Notes under the pieces: generated by a model
Told to the model about the DNA's origin: nothing
What the model saw: only the letters and a program-made list of their open reading frames with translations
Database searches by the model: none
Assembly (NCBI GenBank): GCA_047971915.1
Contig: JBKEAD010000240.1
Location: 1,133 to 65,132, forward strand
Length of the DNA: 64,000 bases
Reading direction: 5' to 3'
Source: Chthoniobacterales bacterium
GTDB taxonomy: Bacteria; Verrucomicrobiota; Verrucomicrobiia; Chthoniobacterales; JBKEAD01
In this document: positions 6,203 to 16,469 of the stretch, piece by piece
Layout: each line of letters opens with the position of its first letter
Position numbering within the stretch: the stretch's first letter is position 1
Translations under genes and position numbers: made by a program

Positions 6203-8610
6203 GTGACCCTAAAAAAATAGAAAAGCAAGATGAGCCAGTGGAGAAAACTTCGCGGGAAGTGCGTGATGGCCATGCCGTCGTGGTAAAGAAGCGGACTCCC
6301 CGTATTTCTTGGGCGTGGTTTTTTCCTGTGTTGGCTCTGGCCGCGACGGCGTGGCTTTTTTATCAACAATGGCAGGCACGTGGACCGGAAATCGTAATCT
6401 CTTTTAAAGATGCTCCGGGGATGGAGCCTGGTAAAACGAATTTGATTTTTCGAGGTGTCGAGGCGGGGCGGGTGACGGGCGTGGATTTGGATGATCGTTT
6501 GGATCGTGTGGCGGTAACGGTTCGGCTAAAGGCTTTTGCGGAGGGGTTGGCGAGAGAGGGGACAAAGTTTTGGATTGATCAGCCTGTGATTTCTTTGGAG
6601 GGTACTTCTGGGCTAGACTCGTTGATTCAGGGAAACTCTATTCGGGCACAGGCGGGCACGGGGCCTTATTGTTGGAAGTTTCAGGCACTCGAATCCGCGC
6701 CTGTTTTTGATAGTGGAGTCGTGCAGGGAAATCTTATTCGTTTGTATGCCGATCCGCTGCCGCCGATTATTCGGGGTGCGCCGGTTTATTATCGGGGGAT
6801 GCTTGTCGGGCGCGTGGATCGTCCTACAGTGGCGGATGGGGAGCAACCCTTTATTCAAGTTGTGCTAGAAAGTTCCCATGCGAACTTAGTTAATTCGGCA
6901 ACGTCTTTTTGGGTTAATCCGGCTGGTAGTATCAGTGCCGGTCCGGGTGGGATTAAAATTTCACTTTCCGGCATAAATGCTCTCGTGCAGGGGAGTATTG
7001 CTTTCGATGATTTTGGGCATCCCGGAGAGGCACTAAAAGATATTTCTAGTTTTGCGTTGTTTCGGAATGAGTCTGCGGCGCGTGCATCGGGAGAGCCTTT
7101 TGAAATCCAATTTGATGATGGTCATACGATCCTACCCGAGGTTACGCAGATTTGTTATCTCGGTGTTCCGATAGGTTTAGTGGTGGCAACGAAGCCGGAA
7201 ATTGAGAGTGGGACGCTTCGTGTCACGGCACGTTTATACCCTAATTATGAAAATTTACTTGTGGATGGGACGAGTTTTACGCTCGTGCGCCCGGAGATTT
7301 CTCTTCAGGGCGTAACCGGACTCGATACGCTTATTAGTGGTGCCTATATCGAACTAAATAGATTGCTTGATGCAGGTGAAGAAAAGGCGGGGCCTGCCGC
7401 TGTAAGGCAATTTTTGGGCGATACATCGACGAGCGAAATCTGGCAGGAAAACTTGAAAGCAAAACGTGGGCAGCGTTTTTACATCAATGCAAAAAAATTG
7501 CCCCCGCTTGAGAAGGGGGCACCGATTATTTATCGCGGCTTGCAGGTGGGGCGCATTGAGGGGAGTGATTTTACGAAAGAAGGTAGTCCGCGTTTGCAAG
7601 CTGTTATTTGGAAGAAATATGCTGATTTATTGACCTCGAAAACGCGCTTTTGGAGAGTGCCGGCGACAGATATTTCGGTGGGTGCGGGTAATGTGCAACT
7701 CGAATTATTTGGCTTCAAATCGCTTCTCGAAGGTGGAGTCGCCTTTGAATCTTTCGAGGGGGCGGAGCCGCTCCCTGACGAGGTGGGAGAGGGAGCTTCG
7801 CTAAAAAGCTATCCGTATTTTGCGAGTAAAAGTGCGGCGCGGGCAACTTCTAAATCTATTGAGATTGTCTTTGAAACAGCGCGGGGGCTCGTTGCAGGGC
7901 AGTCGGAGCTTCGTTATTTGGGACAGCCCGTGGGAATGGTGGAGTCTGTTGATGTGCAAAAGTCTCGGGTTGTGGTTTTGGGGCGTTTTTATCCGGGCTA
8001 CGAATTTTTATGCGGCGAAGGATCGCGTTTTTCGCTGATTCATCCGACCATTTCGCTGCAAGGAATTACGGGGTTGGATACTTTGTTGGGCGGTATTTAT
8101 ATTGATTGTGCGCCTTCCTTCGCAAAGCAGTATGCATCTAAATTTACGGGAATCGTTATCAATAATCGTCAACAAGCTGTCGCTGAAGAAGCCGGGTTCA
8201 CGGTTTATTTGACATCCTCATCCACTACGGTAAAGCCGGGAGCTCCGGTTCTATATCGCGATTTACAAATTGGAGTCATCTCGGAAAAGGTGCTTTCGAA
8301 TGACGGATCAAAAGTTATTTTGACTGCGGAGATCGAGAGCCATTATGCGCCGCTGGTTCGTAAAAATTCGCGCTTTTGGAATGCCGGTGGTCTCACGGCC
8401 ACGCTTGGATTTATGAAATTTCGGATACGCACAGATGACTTGATGGCTAGCGTCGGGCGGGTGCAATTTTCGACTCCAGGTGGTCACGATATGGCTGCGG
8501 TTGTGGAGGCAGGGCATACTTTTGAACTACATAAAGGTCCAAAACATTCTTGGTTGCGCTGGGACGAGGCTCTCCCGCTCGATGATTTAGAAAATGATAA
8601 ACAGAGGTAA
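6199..8610 (+). CDS. Multi-MCE (MlaD-domain) protein, PqiB/LetB-like, six MCE domains
   Basis: 803 aa with an N-terminal TM. Six repeats of the MCE signature (..Y/FRG..VG.V... then S.FW/F....IS..G..GL..L..G) alternate between two flavours. Confidence 0.8.
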   Translation: MSDPKKIEKQDEPVEKTSREVRDGHAVVVKKRTPRISWAWFFPVLALAATAWLFYQQWQARGPEIVISFKDAPGMEPGKTNLIFRGVEAGRVTGVDLDDRLDRVAVTVRLKAFAEGLAREGTKFWIDQPVISLEGTSGLDSLIQGNSIRAQAGTGPYCWKFQALESAPVFDSGVVQGNLIRLYADPLPPIIRGAPVYYRGMLVGRVDRPTVADGEQPFIQVVLESSHANLVNSATSFWVNPAGSISAGPGGIKISLSGINALVQGSIAFDDFGHPGEALKDISSFALFRNESAARASGEPFEIQFDDGHTILPEVTQICYLGVPIGLVVATKPEIESGTLRVTARLYPNYENLLVDGTSFTLVRPEISLQGVTGLDTLISGAYIELNRLLDAGEEKAGPAAVRQFLGDTSTSEIWQENLKAKRGQRFYINAKKLPPLEKGAPIIYRGLQVGRIEGSDFTKEGSPRLQAVIWKKYADLLTSKTRFWRVPATDISVGAGNVQLELFGFKSLLEGGVAFESFEGAEPLPDEVGEGASLKSYPYFASKSAARATSKSIEIVFETARGLVAGQSELRYLGQPVGMVESVDVQKSRVVVLGRFYPGYEFLCGEGSRFSLIHPTISLQGITGLDTLLGGIYIDCAPSFAKQYASKFTGIVINNRQQAVAEEAGFTVYLTSSSTTVKPGAPVLYRDLQIGVISEKVLSNDGSKVILTAEIESHYAPLVRKNSRFWNAGGLTATLGFMKFRIRTDDLMASVGRVQFSTPGGHDMAAVVEAGHTFELHKGPKHSWLRWDEALPLDDLENDKQR

Positions 8611-8653
8611 AGGCGGCCCGGAGCGTGGCTGGGACGCGCCTTATTGATTGGCA

Positions 8654-9967
8654 TTAAAATGACGTGATCTTTGCGAGAATTTTTTGAGCGGAGCGTTTCG
8701 CGGCACCCTGGTGAATGGTTAGGCTTGCGAGGCCGTTTTGATTCATTTTGTTGCAAAGTTCGGGGGATTGGAGGAGGTGCAGGAGGTTTTTTTGAAGTTC
8801 CTTTTTGTTTTGTACCTGGATGGCTCCTTTTGTTGCGAGTAGCTCTGCCGTGATTTGGGGAAAATTTTCCATATGTGGTCCGAAGACGATAGCTTTGCCC
8901 GCAATGAGAGCTTCGATGGGGTTTTGGCCACCACGTCCGATAAGGCTTTTGCCGATGAATACGACATCGCTTTCGCAATACCAAGAATCGAGTTCACCCG
9001 TGGAATCCACGACCAAAATATCGTTTTCTTCGTGTTTTTCGGAAGAGCGAAGTGTGGCGGAGAGGGAGAGCGCGTGTAGGTCGCTGAGGACTTCGTTTCG
9101 TCGTTCGGCATGGCGGGGAACGAGAATGAGAAAAAGGCGGGGGAGTTGTTTGCGGAGCTCGATGAAAATCTCGGCGAGGATTTTTTCTTCGCCCGGGTGT
9201 GTGCTGCCGGCGAGGAGGATAGGGCGGGGAGCAGAGCCAGCGACTTGTTTTAAAATTTGAGAAAGTTTTGGATTTTTTGTGGGTGTTGGTTGGTCGATTT
9301 GATCGTATTTGATGCTGCCGACAGGGTGGATATTTTCCTTGCGAGCACCGAGTGCTGCGAAGCGCTCCGCGTCGGTATTTGCCTGAACACCGATCCAATC
9401 CAACTGACTAAAAAGACCTCCAAGAAGCTGTCGGATGCGGAGATAACGTCGTTCAGATCGGGGCGAGAGGCGTGCATTTATAAGGGCGAGGAGGGCACCG
9501 TGTTTTTTTGCAGCGTGAGTTAGATTTGGCCAAATTTCGGCTTCGACCATAATGAGCGCACGGGGAGAAATGAGATTCATTGCGCGATGAACCGAGGGGT
9601 AGAAATCAACAGGATGATAAATAACTTGGGTGCGTGGTGTATCGCCGATGCGTTTATGGGCGAGGCTGAATCCGGTCGAGGTCGTGGAGGATAAGACGAT
9701 GGCTTGGTTTGGATTTTCGTTGCGGAGAGCCTGGATGAATTTAAGTGCTACGAGAACCTCGCCGACGCTGACTGCATGAACCCAGATGGCTTCGGAGCGC
9801 ATGGATAGTAGGCTCGCGGTCACGCGTTGGGAATAAACGGAAAAGCGCTGGCCGAATTTATGCCGATAATTTCCTCGTTTCAGCATACGGTATAAAAAAT
9901 TGGGAAGGAGGAAGAGGAGAACGAAAGGAAAAAAAAGATTGTAAAGGAGGAAAATAAGGCGGTTCAT
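8654..9967 (-). CDS. waaA: 3-deoxy-D-manno-octulosonic acid (Kdo) transferase
   Basis: 437 aa with an N-terminal TM, the IWVHAVSVGEV motif and a C-terminal glycosyltransferase region typical of WaaA/KdtA. Confidence 0.85.
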   Translation of the reverse strand: MNRLIFLLYNLFFPFVLLFLLPNFLYRMLKRGNYRHKFGQRFSVYSQRVTASLLSMRSEAIWVHAVSVGEVLVALKFIQALRNENPNQAIVLSSTTSTGFSLAHKRIGDTPRTQVIYHPVDFYPSVHRAMNLISPRALIMVEAEIWPNLTHAAKKHGALLALINARLSPRSERRYLRIRQLLGGLFSQLDWIGVQANTDAERFAALGARKENIHPVGSIKYDQIDQPTPTKNPKLSQILKQVAGSAPRPILLAGSTHPGEEKILAEIFIELRKQLPRLFLILVPRHAERRNEVLSDLHALSLSATLRSSEKHEENDILVVDSTGELDSWYCESDVVFIGKSLIGRGGQNPIEALIAGKAIVFGPHMENFPQITAELLATKGAIQVQNKKELQKNLLHLLQSPELCNKMNQNGLASLTIHQGAAKRSAQKILAKITSF

Positions 9968-10167
9968 TCGTGAAAAAGATAATAGGCAGAAATTAGCTAA
10001 CAGCTTGTTGAAAAACTATGGAATGGAAAACTGCGAGTCATTTTTTGAGCAAAAACGGAGTTTCTAAAAATGGCCTTTTTGCAAATTAGAAATGTTTCGC
10101 AGAAATTTATTTTTAAAAAAGATTCTATGCGTGCGTGTGGTTGGAAAATGGGGCTATAGTGGGGGCT

Positions 10168-11574
10168 ATGCGCGACCCCTTTTACTCCTCCGTTTCTTCG
10201 TATTTTGACCGTGCGGCTCATCTTTCCAACTTGCCGCTTGGGTTATTGGACCAGATAAAATCTTGTAACAGCGTTTACCGAATGAAGTTTCCGGTGAAGA
10301 CCGACGAAGGGGAAATCGTCGTCGTAGAGGCTTATCGCGCTCAACATAGTCACCACCGCCTGCCGTGCAAGGGGGGAATTCGCTATTCGCCACATGTGAA
10401 TCAAGATGAGGTGATCGCTTTGGCCGGTTTGATGACCTATAAATGCGCGATAGTCGGCGTTCCTTTTGGTGGTGCTAAGGGGGGAATTTGTATCGATCCG
10501 AGGTCGGAGTCGGATGCGTTTGTGGAGCGAGTGACACGACGCTATACGGCGGAGTTGATTAAGAAAAATTTCATCGGTCCGGCGATTGATGTGCCGGCAC
10601 CGGACTACGGAAGCGGCGAGCGTGAGATGGGCTGGATTGCGGATACGTATCGAGCAATGAAGTTTAACGAACTTCATCCCTCGGCTTGTGTGACGGGTAA
10701 GCCTCTCTCTGTGCATGGGATTCCGGGCCGCACGGCTGCTACGGGCCGCGGGGTTTATATTGGGATTCGCGAGTGTTTGGAGCGTAAATCTTTGATGCAG
10801 GAATATGGTATCGAACCCGGTGTCGAGGGAAAAAAAATCATCGTGCAGGGCTTGGGAAATGTCGGCTTTCATGCGGCGAAATTTTTAAGTGAAGCGGGAG
10901 CATTGATTATAGGAATTGCTGAGGCCGGAGGGGGCTTGGTGGATGAAGCAGGTATCGACGTGGAGAAGGCACAGGCGTATTTGCGCGATCAAGGCGGTTT
11001 CGAGGGGTATGGCCAAGGACGTTTTGTCAAAGAGAGTGCCAGCCTTTTGGAGATGGATTGCGACGTGCTGATCCCCGCCGCTCTGGAAAATCAAATTCAC
11101 GAGGATAATGCGGAGAGGGTTCAAGCTACCTTGATTGCTGAGGCTGCGAACGGACCAGTGAGTTTCCGAGCGGAGGAGATTTTGCTAAAGCGTGGAAAAT
11201 TGCTCTTGCCCGATCTTTATCTAAATGCGGGAGGGGTAACGGTCTCTTATTTTGAGTGGTTAAAAAACCTTTCGCACGTGAGCTTCGATCGCATGACCAC
11301 GCGCTACACCGAGCAGGTAAAAACCCGTATGGTCGAGATAGTTGAAAAGTTGACAGAGTGCCGCTTGGAAGAGGAGGAGCGAGCAATCATCACCGAAGGG
11401 CCGGATGAGGAAGACTATGTAAATACTGCGCTCGAAGAAACGATGGCACGAGCGTTTCATTCGATCTACGACTATTGGCGGACGCAAGATTTGGGAGATT
11501 TGAGAACGGCGGCTTTTAGTTTAGCGATTAAACGTCTTGCTAAAAGCTACGAGGCCAATGGTATCTTCCCATGA
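10168..11574 (+). CDS. gdh: Glutamate dehydrogenase (Glu/Leu/Phe/Val dehydrogenase family)
   Basis: It carries CKGGIRYSPHVNQDEVIALAGLMTYKCAIVGVPFGGAKGGI and the Rossmann motif VQGLGNVG. The start is set at the ATG (MRDPF); the track uses an upstream GTG at 10135. Confidence 0.85.
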   Translation: MRDPFYSSVSSYFDRAAHLSNLPLGLLDQIKSCNSVYRMKFPVKTDEGEIVVVEAYRAQHSHHRLPCKGGIRYSPHVNQDEVIALAGLMTYKCAIVGVPFGGAKGGICIDPRSESDAFVERVTRRYTAELIKKNFIGPAIDVPAPDYGSGEREMGWIADTYRAMKFNELHPSACVTGKPLSVHGIPGRTAATGRGVYIGIRECLERKSLMQEYGIEPGVEGKKIIVQGLGNVGFHAAKFLSEAGALIIGIAEAGGGLVDEAGIDVEKAQAYLRDQGGFEGYGQGRFVKESASLLEMDCDVLIPAALENQIHEDNAERVQATLIAEAANGPVSFRAEEILLKRGKLLLPDLYLNAGGVTVSYFEWLKNLSHVSFDRMTTRYTEQVKTRMVEIVEKLTECRLEEEERAIITEGPDEEDYVNTALEETMARAFHSIYDYWRTQDLGDLRTAAFSLAIKRLAKSYEANGIFP

Positions 11575-11577
11575 GCT

Positions 11578-12234
11578 ATGAACCCTCTCTTTTCTCCTTG
11601 CAGGTCGCCTTTTAAGTCTCTTTGTCTGGCGAGTTTCGTCGGCTCTCTTTTGTTTCTAAATGCTTGCATGGTCATGCGTTTGGACGAAGAGGGGTATGTC
11701 CCGGCAAAATCTGTTAGCAAAGGAACGGCCTATCTGGCGGAGATGATGCCGGAGGGAGCGGGTGCGGTATTTTCCGCATCAGCAATGGTTATCGGCGGTG
11801 GTTCGGCAAAGGTGTTTGGCCCCTACCGTTTTCGCATGACAGCTTTTGGCCGGAAGGGCGAGCATCTGATGCTGCGAGTTTATGCCCTGCGTTTCCGCTC
11901 GGCTACGGGACGAAAAATCTATTTGGGAATGGATCAGCTTGCCGGCGCACCGCTTTTTGTGCAAGGCGAGTATCGGGACGAGGTGCAGTCGGTGTATGAG
12001 GTTCGTGGCGTTATTAAATGGAAGCCGGAAGAGCAAGGCACCCTCTATGGGGAGGCGGATGTCGAGGTGACAACAATCCACGGAATCGAAAAAAGCACGG
12101 TGAAATTTGTTTTCGATCCGCTCGATAAAGTACGCGTGGATGCGGTAAACGTTCCGTGGGAGATCAAGCGTTCTATTTGGAAAGATCGCAGGGAACACCC
12201 GATTACAGCTTGGGCGACGAGTCCTGCTCCTTGA
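11578..12234 (+). CDS. Hypothetical protein, probable lipoprotein
   Basis: 218 aa with a signal-like N-terminus ending LFLNAC (lipobox-like). No family recognised. Confidence 0.4.
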   Translation: MNPLFSPCRSPFKSLCLASFVGSLLFLNACMVMRLDEEGYVPAKSVSKGTAYLAEMMPEGAGAVFSASAMVIGGGSAKVFGPYRFRMTAFGRKGEHLMLRVYALRFRSATGRKIYLGMDQLAGAPLFVQGEYRDEVQSVYEVRGVIKWKPEEQGTLYGEADVEVTTIHGIEKSTVKFVFDPLDKVRVDAVNVPWEIKRSIWKDRREHPITAWATSPAP

Positions 12235-12319
12235 ACCGCAGTGAAATGTTCGAGTGAAAAAAGATGTTTTTTAAAAATCGGAAATTGACTCTCGGAAAGC
12301 TCTTTTCGAGGGTTGGCGG

Positions 12320-13072
12320 ATGATTTCCCTAGACCTCTCAGAAAAGACAGCAATTGTAACCGGTGGCGGACAAGGTCTCGGCCTTGCTACAGCGACCCGC
12401 CTTGCCGAAGCCGGTGCTTCGGTCGTTCTCACCTACTTCGAGGAAGGTTCTGGAAATAATCGTGCAATCGCCGAAAAATCGGCTTCTGAAATCGGTGAGA
12501 AATGCACGGCAATCGAAGGCGACGTGCGGGATCGTAGCTCCCTCGCTGTGATGTTTGAAAAGACGATCCGGCAATACGGGAGTGTGGATATGGTGGTAAA
12601 TAATGCGGCGATTTTGCGCGACCGGAGTTTTCGTAAAATGTCGGACGATGATTGGCACGCAGTCATCGGGACCAATCTAACGGGAGTTTACAATGTCTGC
12701 AAAGAGGCCGCCGAGCGACTGGCCGATCACGGACGTATCGTGAATATGGCATCGATTTCGGGAACGATTGGTTTTTTCGGGCAGGCAAATTACTCCTCAG
12801 CCAAGGCTGGCGTGGTCGCTTTGACAAAAGTTTTGAGCAAAGAACTTGCGCGACGCGGTATCACGGTAAACGCCGTTGCGCCGGGAGTCTCGCTCACAGA
12901 AATGGGAAAATCGATTCCCGATGAAGCTCGAAACGAAATGCTAAAGCAGATTCCGCTTGGACGTTTTGCTGAAACTTCCGAAATAGCGGATGCCGTTCTT
13001 TTTCTTTGTAGTCCGCTTGCCAGCTACGTCACCGGACAGACACTGCATGTGAATGGCGGTTGGATCGGATGA
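12320..13072 (+). CDS. Short-chain dehydrogenase/reductase (FabG / 3-hydroxyacyl-type)
   Basis: 250 aa with TGGGQGLG, NNAAI and the YSSAKAG catalytic motif. Confidence 0.8.
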   Translation: MISLDLSEKTAIVTGGGQGLGLATATRLAEAGASVVLTYFEEGSGNNRAIAEKSASEIGEKCTAIEGDVRDRSSLAVMFEKTIRQYGSVDMVVNNAAILRDRSFRKMSDDDWHAVIGTNLTGVYNVCKEAAERLADHGRIVNMASISGTIGFFGQANYSSAKAGVVALTKVLSKELARRGITVNAVAPGVSLTEMGKSIPDEARNEMLKQIPLGRFAETSEIADAVLFLCSPLASYVTGQTLHVNGGWIG

Positions 13073-14604
13073 AAAATCCACGCGAAACAAAACTCCGCAC
13101 GGCAGACGAAGCTGTTTCGGAAATCGCGGACGGCAGCACCCTTGTCACGGGTGGCTTTGTCGGAGCAGCACATCCAGAAGCTTTGACAGCAGCACTTGAG
13201 AGACGTTTTCTAAACTCCCAAAAACCACTCAACCTCACATTGGTTTACGCAGCAGGGCAGGGCGACGGCGTGAAGAGAGGGCTAAATCATCTTGCCCATG
13301 AAGGGCTCGTCTCGCGAGTCATCGGCGGACATTGGGGACTGGCTCCGGGGATGGGAAAGCTCGCTATCGAAAATAAAATCGAAGCATGGAATTTTCCGCA
13401 GGGAGTCATGTGCCATCTCATGCGGGACATCGCAGCCGGAAAACCGGGAACTCTCACGCATATCGGCCTCGATACCTTTGTGGATCCGATTCATGAGGGC
13501 GGAAAAATTAATTCTCGCACGACGGGTGATCTTGTCGAGCGCATAGAGATTGCCGGGCGGACGTGGTTGCTTTATCGCTCCTTTCCAATTCAGGTCGGGC
13601 TGATCCGTGCGACGGCGGCGGATTCTCGCGGAAACCTTTCGATGAGTGAAGAGGTGATAAGCGGAGAGGTTTTGGCAATCGCGCAGGCCGTTCGCAACTC
13701 AGGAGGGCTTCTCATTGCTCAGGTTAAACATTTGCGCGAGGAGCCAACGCCGCCGCATCAAGTAGAGGTGCCTGGAATACTTGTTGACCGCATTGTGCAT
13801 GCGGAGGGAGACGAGCACGACCAGACTTTTGCCACAAAAGTAAACCGCGCTTTTATTTCGCCGCCGGACTCGATGGCCTCGGCATTTTCTCCATTGCCGC
13901 CGGGGCCCCGCCGCATTATCGCTTCTCGGGCCGCGGAGGAGATTCGGCCCGATGATATTGCAAATCTTGGAATTGGAATGCCAGAGGGGATCGCCTCGGT
14001 TGCCGCGGAGCGTGGACTTTTAGACCGTTTTACCCTCACGATTGAAAGTGGGCCGATCGGTGGAGCTCCTGCCGGTGGTTTGGATTTTGGAGCTTCTTTT
14101 CATCCCGATGCCATTGTGGATCAGCCCGCTCAGTTTGATTTTTATGATGGCGGCGGATTGGATTTTGCGGCTCTCGGTGCGGCACAGATTGATCGGCAAG
14201 GGAATGTGAATGTTTCGCGTTTCGGCAATCGAATCGCCGGCGCGGGAGGTTTTATTAATATTACCCAAACGGCCAAGCGGATTGTTTTTTGTGGCACTTT
14301 TACGACCGGAGGACTCGAAGTGGCTTTCGAGCAAGGGAGCTTGCGTATCTTGAATGAAGGTAAAAATAAAAAATTTGTGGAGGCCGTTCAGCAAATTACT
14401 TTCAGCGGCCCTTTAGCGGTTGATTCCGGGCGTCCCGTGCTCTACGTCACGGAGCGGGCGGTTTTTCGCCTAACGCGAGAAGGGCTGGAGCTAATCGAAG
14501 TCGCTCCCGGAATTGATCTCGAAACCCAGCTTCTTGCACACATGGATTTTCGCCCGATTATTCGTAATATTCGCCCGATGGAACTTCACCACTTTCAAAA
14601 ATGA
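13069..14604 (+). CDS. Single-chain family I CoA-transferase (acyl-CoA:acetate/3-ketoacid CoA-transferase, YdiF-like)
   Basis: ~511 aa with an architecture and motifs typical of fused alpha/beta CoA-transferases (ADGSTLVTGGF...; ...ESGPIGG..). The start is set at the ATG forming an ATGA overlap with the SDR stop; the track uses TTG at 13060. Confidence 0.75.
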   Translation: MKNPRETKLRTADEAVSEIADGSTLVTGGFVGAAHPEALTAALERRFLNSQKPLNLTLVYAAGQGDGVKRGLNHLAHEGLVSRVIGGHWGLAPGMGKLAIENKIEAWNFPQGVMCHLMRDIAAGKPGTLTHIGLDTFVDPIHEGGKINSRTTGDLVERIEIAGRTWLLYRSFPIQVGLIRATAADSRGNLSMSEEVISGEVLAIAQAVRNSGGLLIAQVKHLREEPTPPHQVEVPGILVDRIVHAEGDEHDQTFATKVNRAFISPPDSMASAFSPLPPGPRRIIASRAAEEIRPDDIANLGIGMPEGIASVAAERGLLDRFTLTIESGPIGGAPAGGLDFGASFHPDAIVDQPAQFDFYDGGGLDFAALGAAQIDRQGNVNVSRFGNRIAGAGGFINITQTAKRIVFCGTFTTGGLEVAFEQGSLRILNEGKNKKFVEAVQQITFSGPLAVDSGRPVLYVTERAVFRLTREGLELIEVAPGIDLETQLLAHMDFRPIIRNIRPMELHHFQK

Positions 14605-15752
14605 AACGAGAAATTTTTATTGTAGCCGCTAAACGTAGTCCCTTCGCCCGTTTTCTTGGTGCACTATCGAGGTGCAGTTCGGTAGAGCTTGCCTGTCACG
14701 CTGGAGAAGCCGCTTTGGGAGATTTGGACCGTTCCCAAATAGATCAAGTCATCGTGGGGAACGTGCTGAGTGCCGGTGCGGGAATGAATATCGCACGACA
14801 AGTCGGTGTGAAGCTCGACCTGCCTATTTCGACACCGGCTTTCACGATTAATATGATGTGCGCATCAGGGATACAGGCTATTGCTCTCGGAGTTCAAGCA
14901 ATCCAAGCCGAGCAGGCAGAGGTTGTGCTCTGCGGCGGAACCGAGTCGATGAGTAACGCTCCACATCTTCTGCAGCGGCTCCGAAGCGGAATTAAATTTG
15001 GCGACGGAAAACTCATCGATTCTCTGCTTCAAGACGGACTCGTCGATACTTTTGGTAACGGCCACATGGCATTGACGGCGGAGACGCTGGCTCGCGAATT
15101 TACAATCACTCGCGAAGAGCAAGATCAGTTTGCGGCCATGTCGCAGTCTCGCTATGCAAAGGCCGATGGTGTCGGAATTTTTTCGGATGAAATTGCTCCG
15201 CATGCCAAACTGCAAAAAGACGAACACCCACGCCCGGAAACAAGTGTCGAAATTTTGGCTAATCTTTCCCCCGCCTTCGATCCGAAGGGAAGCGTGACGG
15301 CGGGAAATGCTTCGGGCGTCAATGATGGAGCGGCGATGCTGCTTCTCGCAAGCCGTGAAGCTGTTGAGAAAAATAACTGGCCCACGTTGGCAAAAATCGA
15401 TGGAACAGCATCCGTAGGTTGTGATCCGGCACGCATGGGGATCGGTCCCGTGCATGCGATTCGAAAACTACTAGCACTTTCAGGAAAAAATTTATCCGAT
15501 TACCAGCAGATCGAAATCAACGAAGCCTTTGCGGCTCAAGCACTCGCCTGCACACGTGGTCTGGAAATAGACGCGACAGACATAAATCCACACGGTGGCG
15601 CAATCGCTATGGGGCACCCCGTAGGAGCGAGTGGGGCAAGGTTAGCCACCCATCTAGCTCACCAAATCGCAAGCAAGCGGATCGACTCCGGCATAGCCAG
15701 CCTATGTGTGGGAGGCGGTATGGGGTCGGCAGTTGCCCTTGTGGCATCATAG
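14601..15752 (+). CDS. Acetyl-CoA C-acetyltransferase (thiolase)
   Basis: 383 aa with NMMCASG (active-site Cys), GNASGVNDGAA, NEAFAAQ and CVGGGMG. ATGA overlap with the upstream gene. Confidence 0.85.
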   Translation: MKREIFIVAAKRSPFARFLGALSRCSSVELACHAGEAALGDLDRSQIDQVIVGNVLSAGAGMNIARQVGVKLDLPISTPAFTINMMCASGIQAIALGVQAIQAEQAEVVLCGGTESMSNAPHLLQRLRSGIKFGDGKLIDSLLQDGLVDTFGNGHMALTAETLAREFTITREEQDQFAAMSQSRYAKADGVGIFSDEIAPHAKLQKDEHPRPETSVEILANLSPAFDPKGSVTAGNASGVNDGAAMLLLASREAVEKNNWPTLAKIDGTASVGCDPARMGIGPVHAIRKLLALSGKNLSDYQQIEINEAFAAQALACTRGLEIDATDINPHGGAIAMGHPVGASGARLATHLAHQIASKRIDSGIASLCVGGGMGSAVALVAS

Positions 15753-15786
15753 ATAAAATTTCTAAAAGGCTGTCCGAATTGGCGGT

Positions 15787-16422
15787 ATGAAATTTACAGT
15801 AGCATTTTTTACTCTTCTTTTCGCCTTTTTTATAAACGGCCACGCAAGCGAAATTCGCTTCGCTATCTATCGAGGCAAAAATCCTATTGGCTCCTACACT
15901 TTCGTCATCTCAGGTCCCGAGACTGCCCGAAAAATAGAGGCTAAAATGGATATTGAAGTCAAAATTCTAGGCATCACTGCCTACAAAGCCACGCACCAGC
16001 GCAAAGAAATTTGGAGCAGTTCCAAACTACAATCCCTAAGCGGAAGCTCTACTTACAACGGAAAAAATTACCAATTCAAACTCATCACGACTCGCCAAGG
16101 CAGTGCGCTGGAGACAAATGGCCAAACGGAATCCCTCCGTCCACTTCACTTCACCTTCCTCCCCTGGGCCATCAACGCACCCAAAGCAGCCGAGGCCGAT
16201 TTTATCACGGAAAAAGGAGACATCCGCACGGTTCAATTACAAAATATGGGCAGAGAAATCGAAACCATAGGGGACAAAAAAATGTCCCTGACTCATATTA
16301 TTTATAGAGACAAAGAAGAAGACTGGGAGAGGAATGCGTGGTATGATTCCACTGGTCGGCTTCAAATAATGCGTTACCAACAAGGCCAAACTCAGATACA
16401 ACTCATTCGCGAAACACCTTAA
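15787..16422 (+). CDS. Secreted hypothetical protein (DUF3108/DUF6134-like, beta-rich)
   Basis: 211 aa with a cleavable signal peptide (FFINGHASE) and a beta-strand-like alternating pattern. The family assignment is weak. Confidence 0.4.
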   Translation: MKFTVAFFTLLFAFFINGHASEIRFAIYRGKNPIGSYTFVISGPETARKIEAKMDIEVKILGITAYKATHQRKEIWSSSKLQSLSGSSTYNGKNYQFKLITTRQGSALETNGQTESLRPLHFTFLPWAINAPKAAEADFITEKGDIRTVQLQNMGREIETIGDKKMSLTHIIYRDKEEDWERNAWYDSTGRLQIMRYQQGQTQIQLIRETP

Positions 16423-16469
16423 AAAAAATTTTGGGAACAAAGCTTAACCTCAGATTTTTTACCTAAATA

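Noticed and set aside
10243-10872. A 209-aa ORF antisense to gdh, with similar long antisense ORFs at 14865-15455, 27028-27639, 51425-52015 and 8484-8984.
   Set aside because: Each lies fully inside a gene with strong family motifs on the other strand. Each has skewed low-complexity (R/S/P-rich) composition and no recognisable domain. This is the typical shadow-ORF pattern.
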